Shown here in pieces: positions 55,985 through 64,000 of a stretch of DNA of 64,000 nt. Each line of letters begins with the position of its first letter. The first letter of the stretch is position 1. Where the stretch lies: the NCBI GenBank assembly GCA_958439195.2, contig CAXXOC010000026.1, forward strand, positions 339 to 64,338. Reading direction: 5' to 3'. A program made the translations under genes and the position numbers. This DNA comes from an uncultured Rhodobacteraceae bacterium. GTDB taxonomy: Bacteria > Pseudomonadota > Alphaproteobacteria > Rhodobacterales > Rhodobacteraceae. Below the pieces are notes generated by a model. It saw only the letters and a list, made by a program, of their open reading frames with translations, ran no database searches and was not told where the DNA came from.

Positions 55985-56049
55985 GTCCCAGAAATCCTTC
56001 TTGTTTTCCACGACACAAGGGCATGACACAGGCCGTCATCCCTTGGTCG

Positions 56050-56346
56050 TCATCCCTTGCGCAGATGGTCCTCTTCGCGCTCGATCGACCAATCGATCAA
56101 CTTGCGCCACAGCTTTTCCAGCTTGTCCGGCGGCAGCCCATGGGCCGCCGCGTGACGCCGAACATTGGCCACGACCTCTTCCACCCGGTCATCGATCCGC
56201 GCTGGCAGACCAACCTGTTCCTTGATCGCGGCCGCCCGGTCGATGAACCCCGTCCGCTCAGCGAACAGCGCCACCAATTCGGCATCAAGCCGGTCAATTT
56301 CGGCCCGTATCTCGGCCATTGTCGTGCAATCTTCCGGCCTTTTCAT
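56050..56346 (-). CDS. AroQ-class (type II) chorismate mutase-like protein
   Basis: MAEIRAEIDRLDAELVALFAERTGFIDRAAAIKEQVGLPARIDDRVEEVVANVRRHA is the CM_2 helical pattern. Start taken at MKRPEDC (56346). Confidence 0.75.
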   Translation of the reverse strand: MKRPEDCTTMAEIRAEIDRLDAELVALFAERTGFIDRAAAIKEQVGLPARIDDRVEEVVANVRRHAAAHGLPPDKLEKLWRKLIDWSIEREEDHLRKG

Positions 56347-56428
56347 GCCTTGCCCCCTCTCAGGATGGCTCCCATGTAATAGAGCCATCCCGGAAGGACA
56401 ACGTGACAGCTTGGCCATCACGGCGTGA

Positions 56429-58105
56429 TCAGAACAGGCCTTCAACCTGCCCATCATCGTTCAACCGGATCACCTCGGCGCTTGGCACCTTGGGCAGGCC
56501 CGGCATCGTCATGATCTCACCGCAGATCGCCACGATGAACCCGGCCCCGGCAGACAGCCGCACTTCGCGCACCGGAATGGTGAACCCGGTCGGCGCGCCG
56601 CGCATGTTCGGGTCGGTGGTAAAGCTGTATTGCGTCTTGGCCATGCAGACCGGCAGATGCCCGTAACCCGCCGCTTCCCAGGTTTTCAACTGGTCACGGA
56701 TCGACTTGTCGGCTTCCACGCCATCGGCGCGGTAGATGCCCTTGGCCACCGCCTCGATCTTGGCGAACAGGCCCATGTCATCGGGGTAAAGCGGCTTGAA
56801 CGCTGCCGTGCCGCCTTCGGCCAGCTCGACAACCTTCTTGGCCAGATCCTCGATCCCCGCGCTGCCCTGCGCCCAATGCTTGCACAGGATCGCCTCGGCC
56901 CCCTGTTCGGCGACATAGGCCTTCACCGCCGCCACTTCGGCATCGGTGTCGCTGTAGAAGTGGTTGATCGCAACCACCACCGGCACGCCGAAGGATTTGA
57001 CGTTGGCGATGTGGCGCCCCAGGTTCGGGCAGCCTTTCTTGACGGCCTCCACATTCTCGGCCCCCAGATCGGCCTTGGCGACACCGCCATTCATCTTCAT
57101 CGCGCGCACCGTCGCCACGATCACAGCGGCGGACGGCTTCAATCCGGCCTTGCGGCACTTGATATCAAAGAACTTTTCCGCCCCCAGATCGGCACCAAAG
57201 CCCGCTTCGGTCACGACATATTCGCCCAGCTTCAGCGCCGTCTTGGTGGCAATAACGCTGTTGCACCCATGTGCGATATTGGCGAACGGCCCGCCATGCA
57301 CGAAGGCCGGGTTGTTTTCCAGCGTTTGCACAAGGTTCGGCTGCATCGCATCCTTCAACAGCACGGTCATCGCACCGTCGGCCTTGATGTCGCGGCAATA
57401 GATCGGCTTCTTCTCGCGGGTGTAGGCCACCACGATATCGCCAAGGCGCTTTTGCAGGTCTTCCAGATCGTTGGACAGGCACAGGATCGCCATCACCTCG
57501 GACGCCACCGTGATGTCAAACCCGGTCTGGCGCGGGAAGCCGTTGGAAACCCCGCCAAGGCTCACCACCATGTCGCGCAGCGCGCGGTCGTTCATGTCCA
57601 TCACCCGGCGCCAGACGATGCGGCGTTCGTCGATGTCCAGACTGTTGCCCCAGTAGATGTGGTTGTCGATCATCGCCGACAGCAGGTTATGCGCGCTGGT
57701 GATGGCGTGGAAATCGCCGGTGAAGTGAAGGTTCATCTCCTCCATCGGCACCACTTGCGACATGCCGCCGCCCGCCGCGCCACCCTTCATGCCGAAGTTC
57801 GGGCCAAGGCTCGCCTCGCGGATACAGATCACGGCCTTCTTGCCGATGCGGTTCAGGCCATCGCCCAGACCCACGGTCGTGGTCGTCTTTCCCTCACCCG
57901 CCGGGGTCGGGTTGATCGCGGTCACCAGAACCAGCTTGCCATCCGGCTTGGCCGAAAGCGACTTGATAAAGTCCTGCCCGACCTTGGCCTTGTCATGGCC
58001 ATAGGGCAACAGATGCTCCGACGGGATACCCAGCTTGGCACCGATCTCAAGGATCGGCTTCTTCTTGGCTTCGCGTGCAATCTCGATGTCGGTTTTCATG
58101 GCCAT
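56429..58105 (-). CDS. fhs: Formate-tetrahydrofolate ligase
   Basis: [16 protein letters not shown]...[21 protein letters not shown]...[12 protein letters not shown] are FTHFS signatures. Confidence 0.96.
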   Translation of the reverse strand: MAMKTDIEIAREAKKKPILEIGAKLGIPSEHLLPYGHDKAKVGQDFIKSLSAKPDGKLVLVTAINPTPAGEGKTTTTVGLGDGLNRIGKKAVICIREASLGPNFGMKGGAAGGGMSQVVPMEEMNLHFTGDFHAITSAHNLLSAMIDNHIYWGNSLDIDERRIVWRRVMDMNDRALRDMVVSLGGVSNGFPRQTGFDITVASEVMAILCLSNDLEDLQKRLGDIVVAYTREKKPIYCRDIKADGAMTVLLKDAMQPNLVQTLENNPAFVHGGPFANIAHGCNSVIATKTALKLGEYVVTEAGFGADLGAEKFFDIKCRKAGLKPSAAVIVATVRAMKMNGGVAKADLGAENVEAVKKGCPNLGRHIANVKSFGVPVVVAINHFYSDTDAEVAAVKAYVAEQGAEAILCKHWAQGSAGIEDLAKKVVELAEGGTAAFKPLYPDDMGLFAKIEAVAKGIYRADGVEADKSIRDQLKTWEAAGYGHLPVCMAKTQYSFTTDPNMRGAPTGFTIPVREVRLSAGAGFIVAICGEIMTMPGLPKVPSAEVIRLNDDGQVEGLF

Positions 58106-58286
58106 GGCTCAAGCTCCCTCTGCGGGGTTCATCCCCCGTTTCCGACGTGATAGCGGGCGAAACGAGCATTGAGAGTGGCTTTTCCGACATGTTCCCCCCC
58201 AGATTCGCCACGCGGCGTTTCCGATAGGAAACCACCCGCCCGTGACAGGGAATTATCCAAGATGAAAGAATTTCACCTGCGGGGAA

Positions 58287-58886
58287 TCACGCCCGCCGCG
58301 CTGCATCCAGATGCGCCCAGACCGGTTGATCCGGCACATGCAGGCGCAGTGTCTCGTGCAATGCAAACGCCCCTTCCCTTTCGACCCAGGCGGTGATCCC
58401 GCGCCGCCCGGCAGCGGCGGATTTGAACTTGGCCCCAAAGCCGGGATGCCGCGCCTCGATCGGTTTGGCGGGCAACTGGCAGGACCGGTTCTCAATATCC
58501 ACCACCAGTGTCGCGCCACCTTCTCCCTGCAATCGGCTGCCGGGCGGCACATGGGTAAAATCAGGGATGCCCTCCACCACCATTGTGGCCCCCATCAGCG
58601 CAGGGTCGAGCCGGTCCAGACCCATGCGGGCGGCTGTCTCGGCCAGTTCCTCGGCGGACAGGATGGTAAACTGCCGCGTGTTCCGTATCTCGGTGCCGCG
58701 CGGATATTGCGCCAGAACCCGGCTGCAACTGGGCCGTGTCAGCCCGCCATGATCTTCGCCCAACGGTCCCGCAAAGGTTGCAGTCAGGCGCTCCACAGCC
58801 TCTGCCTCCAACGCCGCATCACGATCACGCACCAGGCCCATCCAGACGATCCGGCCATAGAATTCAGTCGGTTTCAGAACAGGCAT
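58287..58886 (-). CDS. MOSC domain-containing protein
   Basis: 199 aa, ...NTRQFTILSAEEL...GATMVVEGIPDF...GATLVVDIENRSCQLP..., MOSC beta-barrel-like with a conserved Cys. Confidence 0.78.
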   Translation of the reverse strand: MPVLKPTEFYGRIVWMGLVRDRDAALEAEAVERLTATFAGPLGEDHGGLTRPSCSRVLAQYPRGTEIRNTRQFTILSAEELAETAARMGLDRLDPALMGATMVVEGIPDFTHVPPGSRLQGEGGATLVVDIENRSCQLPAKPIEARHPGFGAKFKSAAAGRRGITAWVEREGAFALHETLRLHVPDQPVWAHLDAARRA

Positions 58887-58980
58887 CGCATCCCCATCAG
58901 CCAGGCCGCCCCACAGCGGAACATCCCATCATCCTGCGCCTGACACGCCAAGGCAAGCACCCGCCCCCGATCCCCTGCAC

Positions 58981-59030
58981 AAAGCGAAAGCCCCGAAACC
59001 ATTCAGGTTTCGGGGCTTTTTCAGTTTTTC
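58981..59030 (-). terminator. Bidirectional-looking rho-independent terminator after ftsH
   Basis: GCCCCGAAACC-ATTCA-GGTTTCGGGGC (~58990-59016), flanked by T-runs on both strands (TTTTTCAGTTTTT on plus; TTTCGCTTTGT on minus). Confidence 0.65.
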
Positions 59031-59040
59031 AGCGGTCAGG

Positions 59041-60966
59041 TCACAGAACCGGTTCAGGCTCCGGCCCGGCCTTTGGCGCTTTGGGCTTGGTCTTGGGGAT
59101 TGCGGCAATCGACGTGATCCCGCCACCCGGTGCGGGCGTATCGGCATCGTCATCCTTGCCCAGCGTTTCACCGGCAATCACCTTGCGGATTTCATCACCG
59201 GTCAGCGTTTCATATTCCAGCAGACCCTTCGCCAGCCGTTCAAAGTCATCCGCCTTTTCGATCAGGATACGACGGGCCGTTTCATACCCTTCGTCAATCA
59301 GTTGCTTGACTTCGTTCTCAATCAGCTCCTTGGTATGGGCCGAAACCGAGAAACCTGCCGTATTGCCCTGATAGCCTTCATGCGCCTCGGCATAGTCGAT
59401 ATTGCCGATCTTGTCCGACATGCCCCAGCGCATCACCATCGCACGCGCCAGCGATGACGCCTGCTGGATGTCGCCCGCCGGGCCAGAGGACACACCTTCC
59501 TCACCGTATTTGATGATTTCAGCGGCCTTTCCGGCCATCGTCATGGCGATCTTCTGCTTGCCTTCATCCTTGTGCATGTTCAGCCGATCCATTTCCGGCA
59601 GGCTGACCACCATCCCCAATGCACCGCCACGCGGGATGATCGTGGCCTTGTAGACAGGGTCGCACTTGGGCATGTTCATGCCAACGATGGCGTGGCCTGC
59701 TTCGTGATAGGCGGTCTTTTCCTTCTGGTCCGCGGTCAACACCATCGACCGGCGCTCTGCGCCCATCATGACCTTGTCCTTGGCCTGTTCAAAGTCCTCC
59801 ATCGTCACGAACCGACGGCCCACACGTGCGGCCATCAGTGCCGCCTCGTTCACCAGGTTCATCAAATCGGCACCCGAAAAACCGGGCGTGCCGCGCGCAA
59901 TCGTGCGCAGGTCGACATCCGGCCCCAGCGGCACCTTGCGCGCATGGACGTTCAGGATCTTTTCGCGCCCCTTGATATCGGGGTTCGGCACATGGATCGT
60001 GCGGTCAAAGCGGCCGGGGCGCAGCAGCGCCGGGTCCAGCACATCCTTGCGGTTGGTGGCCGCCACGATGATCACGCCTTCATTCGCTTCGAACCCGTCC
60101 ATTTCGACCAGCAGCTGGTTCAAGGTCTGTTCGCGTTCGTCATTGCCACCGCCGATGCCCACGCCACGGGCACGACCCACGGCATCAATTTCGTCGATGA
60201 ACACGATGCAGGGGGCGTTCTTCTTGGCCTGCTCGAACATGTCGCGCACGCGGCTTGCCCCCACGCCCACGAACATTTCCACAAAGTCAGAACCGGAGAT
60301 GGTAAAGAATGGCACCCCCGCTTCGCCCGCGATGGCGCGCGCCAGAAGCGTCTTACCCGTGCCGGGTGGGCCAACCAGCAGCGCGCCCTTGGGGATCTTG
60401 CCACCCAGACGGCTGAATTTCTGCGGGTTGCGCAGGAATTCGACGATCTCTTCCAATTCTTCCTTGGCTTCGTCGATCCCCGCCACGTCATCAAACGTCA
60501 CGCGACCATGCTTTTCGGTAAGCAGTTTGGCCCGCGACTTGCCAAATCCCATCGCGCCACCACGCCCGCCGCCCTGCATCCGGTTCATGAAGAATATCCA
60601 CACCCCGATCAGCACAAGGAACGGCAGCCAGATACCCAGCACCGACATGATGCCCGATTGCTCCTGCGCCTCGGCCTTCACCTCGACGCCCTTTTCGATC
60701 AGACGGTCGGTCAGAACCTCTCCGTCCGGTTTGATCGTCACATATTGCGATCCGTCCCGCGCCCGCACCAGAACCCGTTCGCCATCCAGCGTCACGCTTT
60801 GCACTTCGCCGCTATCAACCCGCGTGATGAATTCGGAATAAGACAGCGTCCGCGACGAACTGGTCGTCTGGTTGCCGCTGAACAGATTGAACAACGCCAG
60901 GATCAACAGAAACAGGACGACCCAGAATGCGATATTTCGTGCATTACCCACGAAGTCTCTCCTCAT
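59041..60966 (-). CDS. ftsH: ATP-dependent zinc metalloprotease FtsH
   Basis: Two N-terminal TM segments, AAA+ Walker [24 protein letters not shown], the SRH region, and the HEAGH zinc motif ([12 protein letters not shown]). Confidence 0.97.
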   Translation of the reverse strand: MRRDFVGNARNIAFWVVLFLLILALFNLFSGNQTTSSSRTLSYSEFITRVDSGEVQSVTLDGERVLVRARDGSQYVTIKPDGEVLTDRLIEKGVEVKAEAQEQSGIMSVLGIWLPFLVLIGVWIFFMNRMQGGGRGGAMGFGKSRAKLLTEKHGRVTFDDVAGIDEAKEELEEIVEFLRNPQKFSRLGGKIPKGALLVGPPGTGKTLLARAIAGEAGVPFFTISGSDFVEMFVGVGASRVRDMFEQAKKNAPCIVFIDEIDAVGRARGVGIGGGNDEREQTLNQLLVEMDGFEANEGVIIVAATNRKDVLDPALLRPGRFDRTIHVPNPDIKGREKILNVHARKVPLGPDVDLRTIARGTPGFSGADLMNLVNEAALMAARVGRRFVTMEDFEQAKDKVMMGAERRSMVLTADQKEKTAYHEAGHAIVGMNMPKCDPVYKATIIPRGGALGMVVSLPEMDRLNMHKDEGKQKIAMTMAGKAAEIIKYGEEGVSSGPAGDIQQASSLARAMVMRWGMSDKIGNIDYAEAHEGYQGNTAGFSVSAHTKELIENEVKQLIDEGYETARRILIEKADDFERLAKGLLEYETLTGDEIRKVIAGETLGKDDDADTPAPGGGITSIAAIPKTKPKAPKAGPEPEPVL

Positions 60967-61030
60967 ACCGCCACAAGGCCAGAAACGGCCTGCGACCTTG
61001 CTTCATAAGATAGACATAAACCTCTCGGGT

Positions 61031-62188
61031 TCAATGCGATAAAGGTGCCGCACCCAAGGGGCCTTTTGGCGCATGGCAGGTCGCCGCCCAACCCCGGCCA
61101 AATCCTGCCAGCGGTGCGGCAATCAGAACATCACCGCGCCACACCGCCGGACTGGCCAGAAGCGATGCCCGTGGCATCGCCGACAGCCGCCAGTCACCGC
61201 AAAGCGCAAGCCCCGCTTCGCCCAGCGCACCAACCGTGCAATCGTCGGTTTCCGGCCCGGAAATGCGCCAGCGCCCATCCCAAATCTCGTCCATCGGGGA
61301 TTCAAGCCCCGCCACCGCCCGAAACTCGCGCGTCAGCCGCATCCGCCCCCGCGCATGGCTGGTCTTGCATCCCGCAAGCGTTGCAACCCGCCCGGCCAGC
61401 GCCGCTGCGATGAAACGCTCCATCTCGGCCCCGCGCGGGCCATAATCCGCCGATCCGATCCACATCACCGAAGCCAGCATCAACCGCCGCCGGATTTCCG
61501 CCGTCAACGCCGCAAGCCCCGCCATGTCGATGATCACATCGCCCCGGTCGATCCGCACGATCCGCGCCGCTGCATCCGCCGTCGCCGCCTCCAGCGCCAC
61601 GCGCACATCGGCCATCTTTGCCGCAAGCGCCGCAATTTCGGCCCCACCGGCGCCCACCTCGGCCATCGCGGCCAGCGCCCGCCTGGCACGCACCCGATCA
61701 AACCGGTCGTTTTCGTTGGACGGGTCATCCGCCCAAGGCAGACCCCGACCAAGAAGCCAGCCGCGCAGATCGGCCCGGCCTGCCGCCAGCAAGGGGCGCA
61801 GGAACACCACCCCCTCCACCTCGCGCCGTGCCGCCATCGCGGCCAACCCGTCCACCCCGGCATCCCGCGCCAGCCGCATCAGGAATGTTTCGGCAATGTC
61901 ATCTTCGGTATGGCCCAAGGCGACGGTGCGCAGACCGTGCCTGCGCGCCCAATCCGCCAAAAGCCGATACCGCCCCCGCCGCGCCGCATCCTGCAAATTG
62001 CCCTGCCCGTCCCATTGCCAGGGCAATATCTCATGCGTCACGCCAAGGGCTGCGCAGACCTGCGCCACCGCCAATGCCTCGGCCCCGGATTCGGCCCGCA
62101 GCCCGTGATCCACCGTGGCCACGGTTACATTGCAGCCCGCCTCAACCGCCAGATACAGCAGCGCCAGCGAATCCCCGCCGCCTGACAC
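61031..62188 (-). CDS. tilS: tRNA(Ile)-lysidine synthetase TilS (true 5' end probably upstream of 62188)
   Basis: The ORF begins at a GTG that is the Val of ...AVSGGGDSLALL, i.e. directly at the PP-loop SGGxDS. The frame stays open upstream but has no ATG/GTG/TTG. The position between ybgF and ftsH is the conserved one. Confidence 0.85.
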   Translation of the reverse strand: MSGGGDSLALLYLAVEAGCNVTVATVDHGLRAESGAEALAVAQVCAALGVTHEILPWQWDGQGNLQDAARRGRYRLLADWARRHGLRTVALGHTEDDIAETFLMRLARDAGVDGLAAMAARREVEGVVFLRPLLAAGRADLRGWLLGRGLPWADDPSNENDRFDRVRARRALAAMAEVGAGGAEIAALAAKMADVRVALEAATADAAARIVRIDRGDVIIDMAGLAALTAEIRRRLMLASVMWIGSADYGPRGAEMERFIAAALAGRVATLAGCKTSHARGRMRLTREFRAVAGLESPMDEIWDGRWRISGPETDDCTVGALGEAGLALCGDWRLSAMPRASLLASPAVWRGDVLIAAPLAGFGRGWAATCHAPKGPLGAAPLSH

Positions 62189-62256
62189 AGCCAGCCCCAG
62201 CGCCTCTTTTCCGGCCGGACCAAGCCCCCGGCGGAAGATATCGGCAACGTCCCGGG

Positions 62257-63090
62257 TCAGAGGCAGCCCAGCCCCTGCATCGCCATAGTGGCGTTGCCGG
62301 CCTCGGCCGATCCGGGGAAACGGGTTCCCACTTCCTGCAACGTCACGCAGGCTTCGGGCGTTTGGCCCAATGCACCCAGCGCCTGACCCAGCTTCAGCAA
62401 CGCAGGCGCCGCCTGCGGCCCCGACGGCTGACCGGAAAACGCCTCAAGGTAGCTGCGTGCCGCCCCCGAAGTATCGCCCAACTGGCTTAACGATTCGCCC
62501 CGCAGGAAATGTGCCTCCTGTGTCAGGGGGCCACCCGGGTAGGATTGGGTAAAGGTCGCAAAGAGGTCTGCAGCGGCGCGAAAGTCACCTTGACCGAGCA
62601 CCTCCTTGGCCCGGTCAAAATCCGCCTGTTCCCCAATGGCCAGTTCCGGCGCGGCAGTCCCGCCCGTGGCAGGGTCCGGCGTCACCGGAGTGATCGGGGC
62701 CACGGCACCACCGCCCGATCCGCCCAGCGGCGCGGTATCGCCCAACGCGGCGATGTCGCAGCCTTCTTCCAGTTCGCACAGTCGAAACTCCAGATCACCG
62801 ATCCGGTTCGTCCCGTCGGTGACAACCCGGTTCAACCGCAGTTCCACCTCTTCGGTCTTGGATGTCAGCCGGGTCAGCGCCGCTTCGATGGCATCCATGC
62901 GCTGCAACGCGTCGCCCCCCGCCGCCCCGGTCGCCGCCGCGCCCGAGGTGACAAGTTCGGCCTTCAGGCTGTTGAATTCCGCCTGAAGCTGCGAAATCTG
63001 CGCGCGGATATCAGCAAGCGTCTGCGCGTCCTGCGCAGACGCCGCCACGGGCAGAAAGACCATCACCAGAAACAGGCGGACCAACCGCAT
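62257..63090 (-). CDS. ybgF: Tol-Pal system protein YbgF/CpoB
   Basis: Signal peptide, a coiled-coil region (LADIRAQISQLQAEFNSLKAEL) and C-terminal TPR-like repeats (…AHFLRGESLSQLGDTSGAARSYLEAF…ALLKLGQALGALGQ). Confidence 0.85.
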   Translation of the reverse strand: MRLVRLFLVMVFLPVAASAQDAQTLADIRAQISQLQAEFNSLKAELVTSGAAATGAAGGDALQRMDAIEAALTRLTSKTEEVELRLNRVVTDGTNRIGDLEFRLCELEEGCDIAALGDTAPLGGSGGGAVAPITPVTPDPATGGTAAPELAIGEQADFDRAKEVLGQGDFRAAADLFATFTQSYPGGPLTQEAHFLRGESLSQLGDTSGAARSYLEAFSGQPSGPQAAPALLKLGQALGALGQTPEACVTLQEVGTRFPGSAEAGNATMAMQGLGCL

Positions 63091-63094
63091 CGGA

Positions 63095-63628
63095 TCAGAC
63101 CCCCGCGCCCATCGACAGCACCGTCACGGCGCGACGGTTCTTGGAATAGCAGGCCTCATCCGAACACACCTCGATCGGGCGCTCCTTGCCATAGGACACG
63201 GTCCGCATCCGGTTCGGGCCAACACCTTGGGAAATCAGGAAATCCTGCACCGCGCTTGCCCGGCGCGCACCCAGGGCAAGGTTGTATTCCCGCGTGCCCT
63301 GTTCGTCGGCATGGCCTTCGATGATGATCGCATAATCCGGGTTGGAGTTCAGCCACTGCGCCTGCCCCTGCAACACCATCCGCGCTTCGGGCGACAGGGT
63401 GGACTGGTCCACCGCGAACAGGACACGATCCCCGACCGCCTGGTTGAAATAGGCAATCGACCGCGGGTCGCTGGGATCGCCCAACCCCGTGGTGCCGACA
63501 CCGCCTGCACCAAAACCGCCCGCGCCACCGGCACCACCAGCGCCGCCCGCGCCAAAGCGATCAGGGTTGTTACAGGCCGCCAGACCAAGCACGGCGACAA
63601 CGAGAAGGGCCTTGGGAAGAAGCGTCAT
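63095..63628 (-). CDS. pal: Peptidoglycan-associated lipoprotein Pal
   Basis: Lipobox LGLAAC, a Gly/Ala linker, and an OmpA-like domain (VLFAVDQSTLSPEARMVLQGQAQWLNSNPDYAIIIEGHADEQGTREYNLALGARRA). Confidence 0.93.
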   Translation of the reverse strand: MTLLPKALLVVAVLGLAACNNPDRFGAGGAGGAGGAGGFGAGGVGTTGLGDPSDPRSIAYFNQAVGDRVLFAVDQSTLSPEARMVLQGQAQWLNSNPDYAIIIEGHADEQGTREYNLALGARRASAVQDFLISQGVGPNRMRTVSYGKERPIEVCSDEACYSKNRRAVTVLSMGAGV

Positions 63629-63695
63629 GGATCAGGTTCCTTTAAGGGTTCTTGGCTCGATTTTGCGCAAGATAACAGCTTTGCACCGCAGTGTG

Positions 63696-63722
63696 AATCG
63701 GGCCTGTTCATCAGGCCCGATT
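63696..63722. other. Stem-loop between tolB and pal
   Basis: 10-bp stem AATCGGGCCT-N7-AGGCCCGATT with no U-tract. It may act as an mRNA processing or stability element, or as an attenuator. Confidence 0.4.
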
Positions 63723-63740
63723 ATCGGCGGCACTTCATCG

Positions 63741-64000
63741 TCAAGGCAGCAGCGGCGACCATGCCGGGTCCGATGCCGGGCCATCCGTCGGGATCTGCCG
63801 CAGGTTCCGGCCTGAAATATCGACGCTGAACAGCGCCGACTGCCCGCTTGCCCCCGCGCTTTCGCGCATGAACATGATGACACGGCCATTCGGCGCCCAG
63901 GTCGGGCCTTCGTCCAGGAAGGACGCGGTCAACAACCGCTCTTCGCCGCCATCGGTGCGCATCACGCCGATATGGAACCGGCCTGCATTCTGTTTGGTAA
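63741..64000 (-). CDS. tolB: Tol-Pal system beta-propeller protein TolB, 3' end only (continues past window)
   Basis: ...[19 protein letters not shown]...[31 protein letters not shown] is the TolB C-terminal blade. It sits upstream of pal. Confidence 0.9.
   Translation of the reverse strand, partial: TKQNAGRFHIGVMRTDGGEERLLTASFLDEGPTWAPNGRVIMFMRESAGASGQSALFSVDISGRNLRQIPTDGPASDPAWSPLLP

Noticed and set aside
58106-58286. ZTP (pfl) or THF riboswitch upstream of fhs.
   Set aside because: The genomic context fits, but I could not find the conserved ZTP core (GACUGGCG ... CCGCCUGGGC) or a THF-like fold by eye. It is kept only as a low-confidence unclassified leader in the findings.
62186-62188. 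Accepting the GTG at 62188 as the genuine tilS start.
   Set aside because: It would begin the protein at the PP-loop itself and remove the preceding conserved strand (LGLAV), which is encoded in-frame just upstream. A non-canonical upstream start or a sequence error is more plausible (see findings).
1-64000. Mobile elements, prophage, genomic island boundaries, defence systems (restriction-modification, toxin-antitoxin, CBASS, retrons, etc.).
   Set aside because: I found no integrase, transposase, phage structural, nuclease/methylase pair or toxin-antitoxin-like small gene pair on either strand. The tRNA-Glu has no adjacent integrase or direct repeat of its 3' end that I could see.

Overview
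High-GC alphaproteobacterial chromosome segment. Gene content and synteny look Rhodobacterales-like: nrdR-ribD, dnaG-rpoD, soxBDAG, hom-glpX-recJ, tolB-pal-ybgF-tilS-ftsH. This taxonomic call is inference from gene order and protein motifs only. I support about 58 CDS and one tRNA-Glu(UUC). I saw no rRNA, CRISPR array, transposase, integrase or phage genes, so the window is mostly core housekeeping and catabolism. Main functional blocks:
- Heterotetrameric sarcosine oxidase plus a Glu/Leu/Phe/Val dehydrogenase.
- An orphan TadG(vWA)-TadE-TadE pseudopilin trio.
- A roughly 10 kb CoA-dependent aerobic aromatic-acid cluster of the 2-aminobenzoyl-CoA / salicylyl-CoA type, with an embedded MarR gene.
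- Ethylmalonyl-CoA mutase.
- A 1040-aa RTX repeat protein.
- An argO/argP pair.
- A ligase-associated Lhr-like helicase with PdeM.
- An fhs / AroQ chorismate mutase / folD C1 block.

I found no clear, self-evident novel multi-gene system such as a defence island. The most unexplained items are:
1. A visibly lower-GC islet (44.9-46.7 kb) with a small wHTH gene plus a polytopic membrane gene, facing a degenerate receiver-domain gene.
2. A dispersed composite palindromic repeat family inserted inside operons (soxB/soxD, acd/ech).
3. A 435-bp strongly C/A-skewed divergent spacer that is G-quadruplex-prone on the opposite strand.
4. A perfect 15-bp x3 AT-rich tandem repeat in the divergent promoter of the aromatic cluster.
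5. A tilS ORF with no ATG/GTG/TTG start upstream of its PP-loop.

CDS ends follow the supplied ORF track. Internal start choices and coordinates of non-coding features were read by eye and may be off by 1-2 nt.
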